Source of the DNA: an uncultured Ketobacter sp.
GTDB taxonomy: Bacteria; Pseudomonadota; Gammaproteobacteria; Pseudomonadales; Ketobacteraceae
Length of the DNA stretch: 32,000 nt
Direction: 5' to 3'
Assembly (NCBI GenBank): GCA_964016105.1
Contig: CAXHEX010000012.1
Span: forward strand, 57,855-89,854
A program made the position numbers and the translations under genes. This document shows positions 7,981-16,671 of the stretch, in pieces. Position 1 is the stretch's first letter, and each line of letters opens with the position of its first letter. The notes beneath the pieces are model-generated. The model had not been told where the DNA came from. It saw only the letters and a list, made by a program, of their open reading frames with translations, and did no database searches.

Positions 7981-10757
7981 GTTTCATGAAATCAGTCCCT
8001 ACGCCCTCAAAGCGAGAGGAGCAAAGCGACGACTGCAGGGATGCAGGAGGTAGAGCGACGCGGGATGCCAAAGCCGAAGACTTGCCTGTCACCACGAACC
8101 AGGTCAAGCAGCTGTATGGACGCCCGCCGTCGTTTACCGACTTCCTGCCGTGGATGGAATACAACCCGGCAAGCCGTACCTTTCTGCTGGAAGACGGGAT
8201 CAGTGTCGGCGCCCTGTTCGAGCTGACCCCGGCCGGTACTGAGGCGCGTACACCTGCGTTCATGACCCAGTTGCGCGATGCGATCCAGACCGCGCTGACC
8301 GATGCGATTCCTGAAGAAGACGACGCACCGTGGATCTTGCAGGTGTACGTCCAGGACGATCCGAGTCTTCAGGGGTTCGAGAAGGAGATCGCGGACTATG
8401 CTCAACCTGGTGCGCGTGAGTCAGGCTATACCCGCCACTTCCAGCAAACATTGTCGGAGCATCTCGCCCGGATTACACGTCCCGGTGGTCTCTTTGAGGA
8501 CACCGCGGTGACCGGTACCCAGTGGCGAGGCCAGGTCAGGCGTGTGCGGGCCACGTTATACCGTCGTCTGAAACCCAATGGTCGGGTGCCTTCCGCCGTG
8601 GAAATCGAGGAATCCCTGAACGATGTGGCCACCAAGTGGGTAGCCTCACTCGCCTCGGCCGGAATTCGGGTACGCCGCGGTACAGGTCGGGACCTCTACG
8701 AATGGTTGCTGAAATGGTTCAACCCAAGGCCTGAAATTACGGGTGGTGATCCCGATAAGTTGCTGGAGATTGCCCCCTATCCGGGGGATGAAGACCTGCC
8801 GTTCGGGCATGATCTTGCCGAGCGCCTGACGCTGACGATGCCCCGCTCAGATAACGCTTCGGCGACGTGGTGGTTCGATGACCTACCTCATACGTTGGTG
8901 ACCATCCAGGGACTGCGCCGAGCGCCCGAGGTCGGTCACATGACCGCAGAGCGACAGGCCGGCGATCATGTCTTCTCACTGTTTGACCGATTCCCCGAAT
9001 ACACCGTGATGGTGCTGACCCTGACGGCCAAGCCTCAGGACTTTACTCGTAATCATATCGCCCAGGTCAAACGGGCCGCAGTTGGGGATTCCGCGGAGGC
9101 CGAGCTCACCAAGGAAGACGCCGAGGCCGTGGAGCGGGAGATGGCGCGCGGTAACAAGCTCTATCCGCTAGGCATTGCGTTCTATGTGCGTGGGAACGAT
9201 ATGAAGACCCTGCGCGCCAATGTCAATCAGTTGAACGCGTTGTTGTTGCCAAACGGGCTGCAACCGATTCTCCACGAAGCCGATCTGCTGGCACTCGACA
9301 GCTATATCCGCAATCTTCCCATGGCATACGATGCCACATTGGAGAAATCCAGTCGCCGATCACGACTGGTGTTCTCCAGTCACACGGCGAATCTGCTACC
9401 CCTGTACGGCCGATCCAAAGGTACCGGCCACCCGGGCCTGGTGTTCTTCAACCGGGGAGCCGAACCCCTCGTGTTCGATCCCCTGCATCGGGCCGACCGC
9501 AAGAAGAACGCACACATGCTGATCCTCGGTCCCACTGGCGCCGGCAAGTCGGCAATGCTGGTCTATCTGCTGCAACAGATGGCCGCCATGTACCGACCGC
9601 GCATCTTTATCATCGAGGCCGGCGGTTCCTTCTCATTGCTGGGTCAGCAGTTTCAGGCCCATGGTCTGGCCGTCAACCAGGTCACCCTGAATCCGAATAC
9701 CGATGTCAGTCTGCCGCCTTTTGCTGATGCCTTGCGTGTGTTGCAGAAAGAACGTCAGCAGCAATTGCGCGATGATCCGGACGCACTGGAAGACGACGAC
9801 GAGCTGGATGAGGAGGGCACCGGCCGTGACGTGCTCGGCGAAATGGAGATCGCGGCCCGTATCATGATAACCGGGGGTGACGAACGCGAGGATGCGCGCA
9901 TGACCCGGGCCGACCGGCTGTTGATCCGTAATGCGATTTTCCTGGCGGCCAAAACTGTCAAGGAGACAGGCCGCGATCAGGTGCTCACCCAGGATGTCGT
10001 CGCTGCACTCCAAAGTATCGGTCACGATGAAAGCCTGCCGGACCACCGGCGCAACCGGGCCATCGAGATGGGTGACGGCATGGCGCTGTTTTGTTCAGGC
10101 CTCGCCGGACACTTTTTTAACCGTCCGGGCACGCCCTGGCCCAAGGCGGACATCACGATTCTGGAGATGGGAATACTGGCCCGGGAAGGCTACGAAGATC
10201 AGCTCACCGTCGCTTACATCTCCATGATGAGCCATATCAACGATCTGGTAGAACGCCACCAGCACGATGCAAGGCCGACACTGGTGGTGACCGACGAAGG
10301 GCACATCATTACCACCAATCCGTTGCTAGCCCCCTATGTGGTCAAGATCACCAAGATGTGGCGCAAGCTCGGCGCCTGGTTCTGGATTGCCACCCAGAAT
10401 CTGGAAGACTTCCCGGATGCCAGTCGCAAGATGCTCAACATGATGGAGTGGTGGTTGTGCCTGGTAATGCCCAAGGAAGAAGTTGAGCAGATTGCACGCT
10501 TCAAGGACCTGACTGACGTGCAACGCAGCCTGTTGCTGTCGGCTCGCAAGGAGCCTGGCAAGTATGTCGAGGGTGTCGTGCTTTCCGACAATATGGAAGC
10601 GCTATTTCGTAATGTCCCGCCGCCGCTATCACTTGCGCTTGCCATGACCGAGAAACACGAAAAGGCCGAGCGTGGCGCGATTATGCGGGAGCGCAATTGC
10701 AGCGAACTCGAGGCGGTGCATGTCATCGCTGAACGCATCGCAAAGAAACGCGGTTAG
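7977..10757 (+). CDS. Conjugative transfer ATPase, VirB4/TraC-like (PFL_4706 family)
   Basis: 926 aa. Walker A ILGPTGAGKSA and Walker B-like LVVTDEGH. The GTG at 7977 overlaps the lipoprotein stop (GTGA). An in-frame ATG at 7986 is an alternative start. Confidence 0.9.
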   Translation: MSFMKSVPTPSKREEQSDDCRDAGGRATRDAKAEDLPVTTNQVKQLYGRPPSFTDFLPWMEYNPASRTFLLEDGISVGALFELTPAGTEARTPAFMTQLRDAIQTALTDAIPEEDDAPWILQVYVQDDPSLQGFEKEIADYAQPGARESGYTRHFQQTLSEHLARITRPGGLFEDTAVTGTQWRGQVRRVRATLYRRLKPNGRVPSAVEIEESLNDVATKWVASLASAGIRVRRGTGRDLYEWLLKWFNPRPEITGGDPDKLLEIAPYPGDEDLPFGHDLAERLTLTMPRSDNASATWWFDDLPHTLVTIQGLRRAPEVGHMTAERQAGDHVFSLFDRFPEYTVMVLTLTAKPQDFTRNHIAQVKRAAVGDSAEAELTKEDAEAVEREMARGNKLYPLGIAFYVRGNDMKTLRANVNQLNALLLPNGLQPILHEADLLALDSYIRNLPMAYDATLEKSSRRSRLVFSSHTANLLPLYGRSKGTGHPGLVFFNRGAEPLVFDPLHRADRKKNAHMLILGPTGAGKSAMLVYLLQQMAAMYRPRIFIIEAGGSFSLLGQQFQAHGLAVNQVTLNPNTDVSLPPFADALRVLQKERQQQLRDDPDALEDDDELDEEGTGRDVLGEMEIAARIMITGGDEREDARMTRADRLLIRNAIFLAAKTVKETGRDQVLTQDVVAALQSIGHDESLPDHRRNRAIEMGDGMALFCSGLAGHFFNRPGTPWPKADITILEMGILAREGYEDQLTVAYISMMSHINDLVERHQHDARPTLVVTDEGHIITTNPLLAPYVVKITKMWRKLGAWFWIATQNLEDFPDASRKMLNMMEWWLCLVMPKEEVEQIARFKDLTDVQRSLLLSARKEPGKYVEGVVLSDNMEALFRNVPPPLSLALAMTEKHEKAERGAIMRERNCSELEAVHVIAERIAKKRG

Positions 10758-10774
10758 TCGTCGATCTGGCAATT

Positions 10775-10819
10775 TCTCTTTGATAAACCCCGCACGCTTG
10801 TGAATCGATTTTCGCTATC
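10775..10819 (+). promoter_or_regulatory. Conserved roughly 45-bp intergenic motif, copy B, upstream of the second transfer operon
   Basis: TCTCTTTGATAAACCCCGCACGCTTGTGAATCGATTTTCGCTATC. It ends 55 nt before the ATG at 10875. See copy A at 3283..3329. Confidence 0.55.
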
Positions 10820-10874
10820 GAAGCGCCTGTTTGCGCGTCACGATAACACGCATATCGACACAGAGTAGACCACT

Positions 10875-11360
10875 ATGATTTGGAAAGCCTCAAAACACCG
10901 TCCACAGATTCCATTGGTGTGTCTTGCTTCCGTACTCCTGTATTCAGGAGCCACGTTGGCGGATCAGCATCAACAGAACCTGCCTCATGTAATCGAGGCG
11001 TTTACGTCGGTCAAGTATCCCTTCGTCGGTGCCAGAGGCATCGGTAACGATTCGTATGGACTGGATATCACCATCTATGAAATCGATGGGATCGAGTCGA
11101 TTGAACGAGACCTCTCTATTGAGATGCCAGCCGATCCCGAAAAGTCGAAGCGGGTCGCGCTGGATCGCATCCAGCACATGGATGATCAGTCAAAAACAAA
11201 AATGCAAATGGCGGCGAAAGGGTTGGCGAAGGCGATGCAGTATGGCGTGGATCGCTATCCAGCCATTGTCTTCGATGGCCAGGCAGTCGTATACGGCGTA
11301 ACCGATGTGCAGAGCGCACTTGCGCATTACCGGGTATGGCGGCGGGAAGGTAAGCGATGA
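10875..11360 (+). CDS. ICE periplasmic protein (PFL_4709 / DUF1525-like)
   Basis: 161 aa with a signal peptide (IPLVCLASVLLYSGATLA). The C-terminal YGVDRYPAIVFDGQAVVYGVTDVQSALAHY is typical of this family as I remember it. Confidence 0.55.
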   Translation: MIWKASKHRPQIPLVCLASVLLYSGATLADQHQQNLPHVIEAFTSVKYPFVGARGIGNDSYGLDITIYEIDGIESIERDLSIEMPADPEKSKRVALDRIQHMDDQSKTKMQMAAKGLAKAMQYGVDRYPAIVFDGQAVVYGVTDVQSALAHYRVWRREGKR

Positions 11361-12376
11361 TCCGCCAGAGCTTTCTATCGTTCTGCCTTGTCATTGCGCT
11401 ATGGATGCCGGTCACCGGGTTCTCCGGTACTACGACCACACCACAGATCGTAGCCCAGACGACAACGGCGGCTTTCTCCTGCATGCGCTGGATGCCAATT
11501 GGCACCTGTTTCTGGTTACGCTGTTCCTGGACCGGCTGCAGCGTACGCACCTCGATCAAGGTGGGGCATTACAACCCGGATCTGGTGGTCAGTACCTACA
11601 ACGAGCTGGGCGGGAATCCGTGGACCGAGATCCGCGCGACCCTGGGTTTGGCGCAGAAGACGGCGGCCGCGGGTCTGTTGGGCGCCTTGTTGCCGGTGCC
11701 GATTGACAGTGCTGGCAATCGCACGGAAGGAACCTCGGAGCGTGACCACAAGAATCTGGTCTACCGGGAAACTGACGCCATTGGCCACCCGCTGAGCTCG
11801 CTGACAGGTATCGTTGCTGGTACCGGTTTGTTGTGTCCGTCAGAGACTACTTCTTTCTTTCCCTATTTCCAGTCCGGCCTTGATGCCCTGTCGTGGCGGC
11901 AAGAGATCCCGGAGATCTTCTATCCCGCCAGCCTGATTCCCGGTCTGCGCGAGCTGGGCACCTGGCCCCTCCAGACCTGGGGTGGTGTCTATCCGCGCAC
12001 CGGCTGGACGACCCAGTCGGAAGAGCCCAAGGCGGCTGCCCTCAATGCCCAGCGGGCCGGTGACATCGTCACGCGTACGGGACAACCGCACGTCTATGTA
12101 CCTGTGACCGGCTCATCGGGTTCCATGAAGGTTTGGTCACCGGGTCCCTTGATGGAGAAGGATCGCAGCACCGGTACCTGGCAGATGTTATTGCCGCTAT
12201 CTGAATCGAGCTGCAACGTCTTTGGCACCAATGATCTTGCCAGCCTGACCGGCTGGGGTGGCGGTCGCGTCGACACCGAGGGCGATTATGTCTGGAATCT
12301 ATGGCGGCCCTACAAGTGCTGTGAGCGCCGGGGTCAGTGGTTTCTGTTTGATATTGACTGGATTGCTTACCCCTGA
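11357..12376 (+). CDS. ICE protein, TraU-like (PFL_4710 family)
   Basis: 339 aa with a signal peptide. Cys-rich segment CMRWMPIGTCFWLRCSWTGCSVRTSIKVGHYNPDLVVS. ATGA overlap with the upstream gene. Confidence 0.6.
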   Translation: MIRQSFLSFCLVIALWMPVTGFSGTTTTPQIVAQTTTAAFSCMRWMPIGTCFWLRCSWTGCSVRTSIKVGHYNPDLVVSTYNELGGNPWTEIRATLGLAQKTAAAGLLGALLPVPIDSAGNRTEGTSERDHKNLVYRETDAIGHPLSSLTGIVAGTGLLCPSETTSFFPYFQSGLDALSWRQEIPEIFYPASLIPGLRELGTWPLQTWGGVYPRTGWTTQSEEPKAAALNAQRAGDIVTRTGQPHVYVPVTGSSGSMKVWSPGPLMEKDRSTGTWQMLLPLSESSCNVFGTNDLASLTGWGGGRVDTEGDYVWNLWRPYKCCERRGQWFLFDIDWIAYP

Positions 12377-13737
12377 TGAAAACGAACGCTAAACACCCAT
12401 TCCCTCATCGACACGCGATCAGCTGGCTGCTGATTGGCCTCCTCAGTTTGAATAATGCGCATGCCATCACCAAGGGGCCGACGGAAGACAGTTTCTGGTA
12501 TTACGAGATCGGTGGGGCAGAGCCGGTATCAGCGCCTGCCAATCCTTCTGTGGTATCCGTTACCCTGGGCGGCTCGGCGCAATTGGGGCTGGGTTATAGC
12601 TGCGGCAAATTCGACCCCGTGGCAGCCGTGACCAATACGCTGAACGACATCGGCGCCGGTATCGACAACATGATGAACGCTATGACGGCCGCGGCCAGTG
12701 CCGCGATTGCCGCACTCCCGGCGCTGATCCTGCAGCGCGCCAATCCCGGACTCTACGACATGTTCCAGAACGCCCTGCTGCAGGCCGAGGAGACCATGCA
12801 GCTGGCGACCAAGTCCTGTGAGCAGATGGAGGCCGAGATCGCCCAGGGCAAAAATCCCTATGCCGATCTCATCACGCTCTCCAAAGGCAATGACTGGAAG
12901 CTCCAGATGGGCGTAGGCGGCAATGATGCAGTAACCGCCAAGGACGCCGTCGAGACCTCTAACGGGGACAATGGCGTGCCCTGGATCGGCGGGCAGGCCG
13001 GAGGCTCGGGGCAGCCAGTGCTGGAATTTACCGGCGACATCGTCAAGGCCGGGTACAACATCAATATGAATCGCCCGATCACGACGGCAGGCCCGGTGCC
13101 TCCTGCATCGGCCACCCGCCTGACGGAGATCTGGACAACACCTACCGATGCGCGTAACTGGGTCGTCGATGTGGTCGGCGAAAACATCGTTACGACCTGT
13201 GATACCTGCCGCAAGGACAGTATTCCCGGTACCGGACTGCTGCCAAAGCTCAATCAGGAAGCGACTACCGTAACGACGGAAATCCAGAACCTGGTCTCCG
13301 GCGCAACGCCCCCGACACTGGCCAACCTGGACAATATTACTGCCCCCGGCGTGGCCATCACCCGCCAGGTCATCGAAGCGATCCGGGAGATGCCGGCCTC
13401 CGAACAGAGCCTCATCATGGGCCGGCTGGTTTCCGAGATCAGTACGGCACGCACGGTGGAGAAGGCGCTGTATGCCCGCCGTTTGCTGCTTTCCGGCCGC
13501 CAGGTGCCCGAGGTCTATGCTACCGAGGTGGCCCGCGAGCACGCGGACAAATCCATCACCGAGTTGGACAAGGAGATCGAGAACCTGTTGTTCGAGACCC
13601 GGGTGCGCAAGGAGGTGGTTTCCGACACGATTGCGACCTTGCTTCAACGCGCCGCGGCCCGTCGGCAGTCGTCCCTGAAAACGCCAGAAGTCCCGACCAT
13701 CGATCCACGTCCGCTGAGCAATGGCCGTGTCCAATAA
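12376..13737 (+). CDS. ICE periplasmic protein (PFL_4711 family)
   Basis: 453 aa with a signal peptide (ISWLLIGLLSLNNAHA). TGATG overlap with the upstream gene. Syntenic position. Confidence 0.55.
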   Translation: MKTNAKHPFPHRHAISWLLIGLLSLNNAHAITKGPTEDSFWYYEIGGAEPVSAPANPSVVSVTLGGSAQLGLGYSCGKFDPVAAVTNTLNDIGAGIDNMMNAMTAAASAAIAALPALILQRANPGLYDMFQNALLQAEETMQLATKSCEQMEAEIAQGKNPYADLITLSKGNDWKLQMGVGGNDAVTAKDAVETSNGDNGVPWIGGQAGGSGQPVLEFTGDIVKAGYNINMNRPITTAGPVPPASATRLTEIWTTPTDARNWVVDVVGENIVTTCDTCRKDSIPGTGLLPKLNQEATTVTTEIQNLVSGATPPTLANLDNITAPGVAITRQVIEAIREMPASEQSLIMGRLVSEISTARTVEKALYARRLLLSGRQVPEVYATEVAREHADKSITELDKEIENLLFETRVRKEVVSDTIATLLQRAAARRQSSLKTPEVPTIDPRPLSNGRVQ

Positions 13738-14104
13738 CGGATTTGCCTTGCGTCGGCGCTGGTTCTTTTTGCTGACCCTGCTGGCATTTGGTCTGGCACT
13801 GGTGGCTGGCGCCATCCTCTGGCATTCGGTCGAGACCACCTCTGTAGTCGCGGTGCAAACACGGATCGATGCCTTAAAGCCACTCCTGACTAGCATTCGA
13901 GTTTCTCTGATTGCCCTGTTGGCGATGGGCTGGCCATGGATCGTGAACGCTCTTCAACGTTGGGGACGTCTGGATGAGATACAGGCCACGAACTTGCTCG
14001 CTGTACGCTGGCGTATCGTGACCTGGCTCGTCGTGATCGAGCTGGTGTTGGGGCAGAACCTGCTAGGCCAGATGCTGGCCGTACTGCAGGGGAGCGGGGC
14101 ATGA
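13721..14104 (+). CDS. Hypothetical ICE membrane protein
   Basis: 127 aa with three hydrophobic helices. It overlaps both neighbours (17 nt upstream, ATGA downstream). Confidence 0.45.
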   Translation: MAVSNNGFALRRRWFFLLTLLAFGLALVAGAILWHSVETTSVVAVQTRIDALKPLLTSIRVSLIALLAMGWPWIVNALQRWGRLDEIQATNLLAVRWRIVTWLVVIELVLGQNLLGQMLAVLQGSGA

Positions 14105-15666
14105 CCGTCGACAGCTATCTCGAACTCTTCACTACGTTATTCGGCTGGACCTTCTACGGAATTTTGTGGGATGTGCTGGTCGGCACCGGTATCGTGTTCC
14201 TGCCGTTCCTTGGCATCCTGATCGACAACTGGCGGGAACCGGCCCAGGGTGGTGAGTTCGGTACCGTCACCGGATTGTCGTTGCGGCGCATGGAGCTGGA
14301 GCTCTTCATCGCATTACTGGTGGTTGTATTATCCGGTCAACCGGCCGCGTTGACGCCACTGAACGCGGCTTCGCTCAACTACACGCCGCCACCGACTTTG
14401 ATCGATCCCACGCCACCGACGGCGACTGTGGCCGCACCCCAGAGCACCTACGGTTCCACCGGCTTCACCGGTTCGCCGGCTACGGTGAACATCCCGGTGT
14501 GGTGGTATGCGGTGCTTTCGATGACCTCGGGATTCAATCACGCGGTGGTCGAAGGCCTTCCAAGTGCTGCGGATATGCGTACCTACGAACAACAGGCGCG
14601 GCTCGCGACCATTGCGGATCCGCGTCTGCGCCAGGAAGTGAGCGATTTCTTCAGCCAGTGCTACATTCCGGCCCGGTCGATGTACCAGTCAGAACGACCC
14701 GCCACTGCTGCGGTGAATGCTCTTCTGACGACCTATGGCCCCGACGATCCGGACTGGATGGGATCGCAGGTCTATCGCAATACGCCGGGCTACTATGACA
14801 CCCTGCGTGCCACCACGCAGGTCAGCGGCTGGGCCTACAATGCGGCCCGTGATACCGAATATGATCCTACGGCTCCACCCACCTGGGGCAGGCCTTACTG
14901 CAAGCAGTGGTGGGAGGACGCCTCGGGTGGCCTGCGTGAAAAGTTGATCAACGAGGCCGATGCCACATCGGCTGGCTTTTCAGGTCTCGTGGTTGCGATT
15001 GCCCCGGCCCTGGCCAGCGAACAGCAAAATGATGCCGTGGCCAAGACCGTTCTGGCGAATTCCCCGCCATCGTGGTCGAACAACGACCTCGTGGCCCACA
15101 ATTCCGGCAGTACCGGATTACTCAGTACGGTAGAGAATGTCGCCAAGGGTGGCCTGGCATCCGGCGGCGTGGTGGCCGCCTCGGCGCTGTTCTCGGTCAC
15201 CATGACCGCAGTCCTGCAGGCGCTCCCGATGGTGCAGGCCGTGCTCCTGCTCGGCATCTATGCCTTGCTGCCCATGATCGTGGTGCTGTCGCGTTATTCC
15301 ATCTCCATGATGGTCATCGGCGCCATGGCTATCTTCACCGTCAAGTTCTGGAGCGTGCTCTGGTACCTGGCGCTGTGGGTGGATCAGAACCTCATCCTGT
15401 CCATGTACCCGGATGTGAATGTCTTCCTGCAGATGTTCGCCAACCCCGGCGAGCACGACATCAAGCGCATGTTGCTCAACATGATCACGACCAGCCTCTA
15501 TCTGGGTTTGCCATTGCTCTGGAGCGGAATGATGGCGTGGGCGGGATTGCATATCGGGCGTTCGATCAATTCGGTACAAGGCGAATTCACACGGACCGCT
15601 CAAGATGCAGGGCGACAAGGTGGAAGTATCGGTAAGGCCGTTGTGTCCAAGGGGGCGAAGCGATAA
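14101..15666 (+). CDS. traG: Conjugal transfer protein with TraG N-terminal domain (polytopic membrane)
   Basis: 521 aa. N-terminus MTVDSYLELFTTLFGWTFYGILWDVLVGTGIVFLPFLGILIDNW, a central periplasmic region and C-terminal TM helices. This is the last gene of the + strand block. Confidence 0.75.
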   Translation: MTVDSYLELFTTLFGWTFYGILWDVLVGTGIVFLPFLGILIDNWREPAQGGEFGTVTGLSLRRMELELFIALLVVVLSGQPAALTPLNAASLNYTPPPTLIDPTPPTATVAAPQSTYGSTGFTGSPATVNIPVWWYAVLSMTSGFNHAVVEGLPSAADMRTYEQQARLATIADPRLRQEVSDFFSQCYIPARSMYQSERPATAAVNALLTTYGPDDPDWMGSQVYRNTPGYYDTLRATTQVSGWAYNAARDTEYDPTAPPTWGRPYCKQWWEDASGGLREKLINEADATSAGFSGLVVAIAPALASEQQNDAVAKTVLANSPPSWSNNDLVAHNSGSTGLLSTVENVAKGGLASGGVVAASALFSVTMTAVLQALPMVQAVLLLGIYALLPMIVVLSRYSISMMVIGAMAIFTVKFWSVLWYLALWVDQNLILSMYPDVNVFLQMFANPGEHDIKRMLLNMITTSLYLGLPLLWSGMMAWAGLHIGRSINSVQGEFTRTAQDAGRQGGSIGKAVVSKGAKR

Positions 15667-15671
15667 CGGAT

Positions 15672-15887
15672 TTACAAATCCTCTTCATACCACCCGTAAG
15701 GATCAGTGCCATTGTCAAACTTCCGGGTACGGAAATTATAATTGCCAGTCAGGTCGCCATCCTCAGAATCATCTTCTTCGGATGTGACGACGCCAGCAGC
15801 CAGCAAGCCAATAAGGCCAGCGACAAGTTTGCTCGTGACGCCAATGATTGCTTTCAGAACTAATAATAATTTTCTTGAATAGTGCAT
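15672..15887 (-). CDS. Hypothetical small membrane protein with an acidic C-terminal tail
   Basis: The ORF track gives 15672..16004, but that overlaps the GNAT gene by 50 nt. Internal ATGs at 15938 or 15887 avoid the overlap. Sequence: MHYSRKLLLVLKAIIGVTSKLVAGLIGLLAAGVV then TSEEDDSEDGD...GWYEEDL. No clear Shine-Dalgarno sequence for either start. Confidence 0.3.
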   Translation of the reverse strand: MHYSRKLLLVLKAIIGVTSKLVAGLIGLLAAGVVTSEEDDSEDGDLTGNYNFRTRKFDNGTDPYGWYEEDL

Positions 15888-15954
15888 AGTGCTTGGGCTC
15901 AGGACGCGCCGCAACGCTGCGCGCTCCTTGAATCTCATGGTTATGTTCGCGTAG

Positions 15955-16491
15955 TTACCAATAAACGGGATCATTAAATTCCTTAACGCATATGGGGCGT
16001 TCATTAATAGCTGGAATTGGCTCTCCCGTTAATGATTGGCCAAGCCAGCCTACTGGCATTGAGAGCTTTAGAGGGGCCTGGATGATATCTTCTGACAGGG
16101 GTTCAAATCCCACCTTTGAGTAGAAGGATGGATCACCATATGTGATAGCAACACTCACAGAACTATTTTTCAGTTCATTGAGTCCATAATTGATTAGTGC
16201 CTGGCCTACGCCTTTTCCCTGATGTTTAGTGCTCACTGCAACCGGAGCGAGCATATAAACCAGAATAGACCCATTAAACCGAAGGCGAGTAAAGAAAATA
16301 GAACCAATAAGCGATTCATTTTGAAATGTGCCGAGACAGATTATTTCTTCATTGTCGATATTGGAGGATAGCTCTGAGGCAAGATTGCCAATTAGCTTAC
16401 CTTCTTCGTCTCCTTCAGATGATGTGAAAACAGACGTGAAAAGCCTCGTCACTTCATTTTGATAGTTTTTGTCGAGAACCTTATGCTTCAT
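15955..16491 (-). CDS. GNAT-family N-acetyltransferase
   Basis: 178 aa. Acetyl-CoA binding motif A: VSTKHQGKGVGQALINYGL. AGGA lies 7 nt upstream of the ATG. The region is visibly more AT-rich than its flanks. Confidence 0.8.
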   Translation of the reverse strand: MKHKVLDKNYQNEVTRLFTSVFTSSEGDEEGKLIGNLASELSSNIDNEEIICLGTFQNESLIGSIFFTRLRFNGSILVYMLAPVAVSTKHQGKGVGQALINYGLNELKNSSVSVAITYGDPSFYSKVGFEPLSEDIIQAPLKLSMPVGWLGQSLTGEPIPAINERPICVKEFNDPVYW

Positions 16492-16538
16492 AGATTGTCC
16501 TGCAATCGTGTTTCGCTAACATTTTGAACATCAGGATA

Positions 16539-16628
16539 TCAAACAGACTTGGCGCGATACTCCCAAAACACGATTAGCCCGATAATGAACGCGGCGAATA
16601 GTGTGAACTTGCTGAACTGAAAGTCCAT
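16539..16628 (-). CDS. Candidate 29-aa hydrophobic micro-ORF, below the ORF-track cutoff
   Basis: My own translation of the - strand gives ATG...TGA = MDFQFSKFTLFAAFIIGLIVFWEYRAKSV, a single predicted TM helix. It lies in the 180-bp gap between the 332-aa gene and the GNAT gene. The Shine-Dalgarno sequence is weak (AGAG). Confidence 0.2.
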   Translation of the reverse strand: MDFQFSKFTLFAAFIIGLIVFWEYRAKSV

Positions 16629-16671
16629 GTCTCTATGATTTTACGAGGCGTGATTCGGGATGTTAATTTTT

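Larger units (their letters stand above)
1..15666 (+). mobile_element. Partial integrative conjugative element: transfer / type IV secretion module of the ICEclc / PFGI-1 / pKLC102 (MPF_G) class. The window starts inside the element.
   Basis: 17 co-oriented ORFs, many with ATGA/GTGA/TGATG start-stop overlaps. Content and order (TraD-like, RAQPRD protein, small membrane proteins, lipoprotein, about 926-aa ATPase, TraU-like, TraG_N) match my recollection of the PFL_4695-PFL_4711 ICE gene series. No integrase or att site is visible in the window. Confidence 0.85.

Noticed and set aside
12529-13896. 455-aa - strand ORF antisense to the PFL_4711-like gene
   Set aside because: Same reasoning. It is Arg/Gly-rich and low in complexity, has no Shine-Dalgarno sequence or motifs, and is fully contained within a coupled + strand operon.
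15668-15681. GGATT-TACA-AATCC hairpin between the convergent traG and cargo stops, considered as a bidirectional terminator
   Set aside because: The stem is only 5 bp and AT-rich, with no flanking U/A tracts. It is too weak to call a terminator and is noted only as part of the junction.
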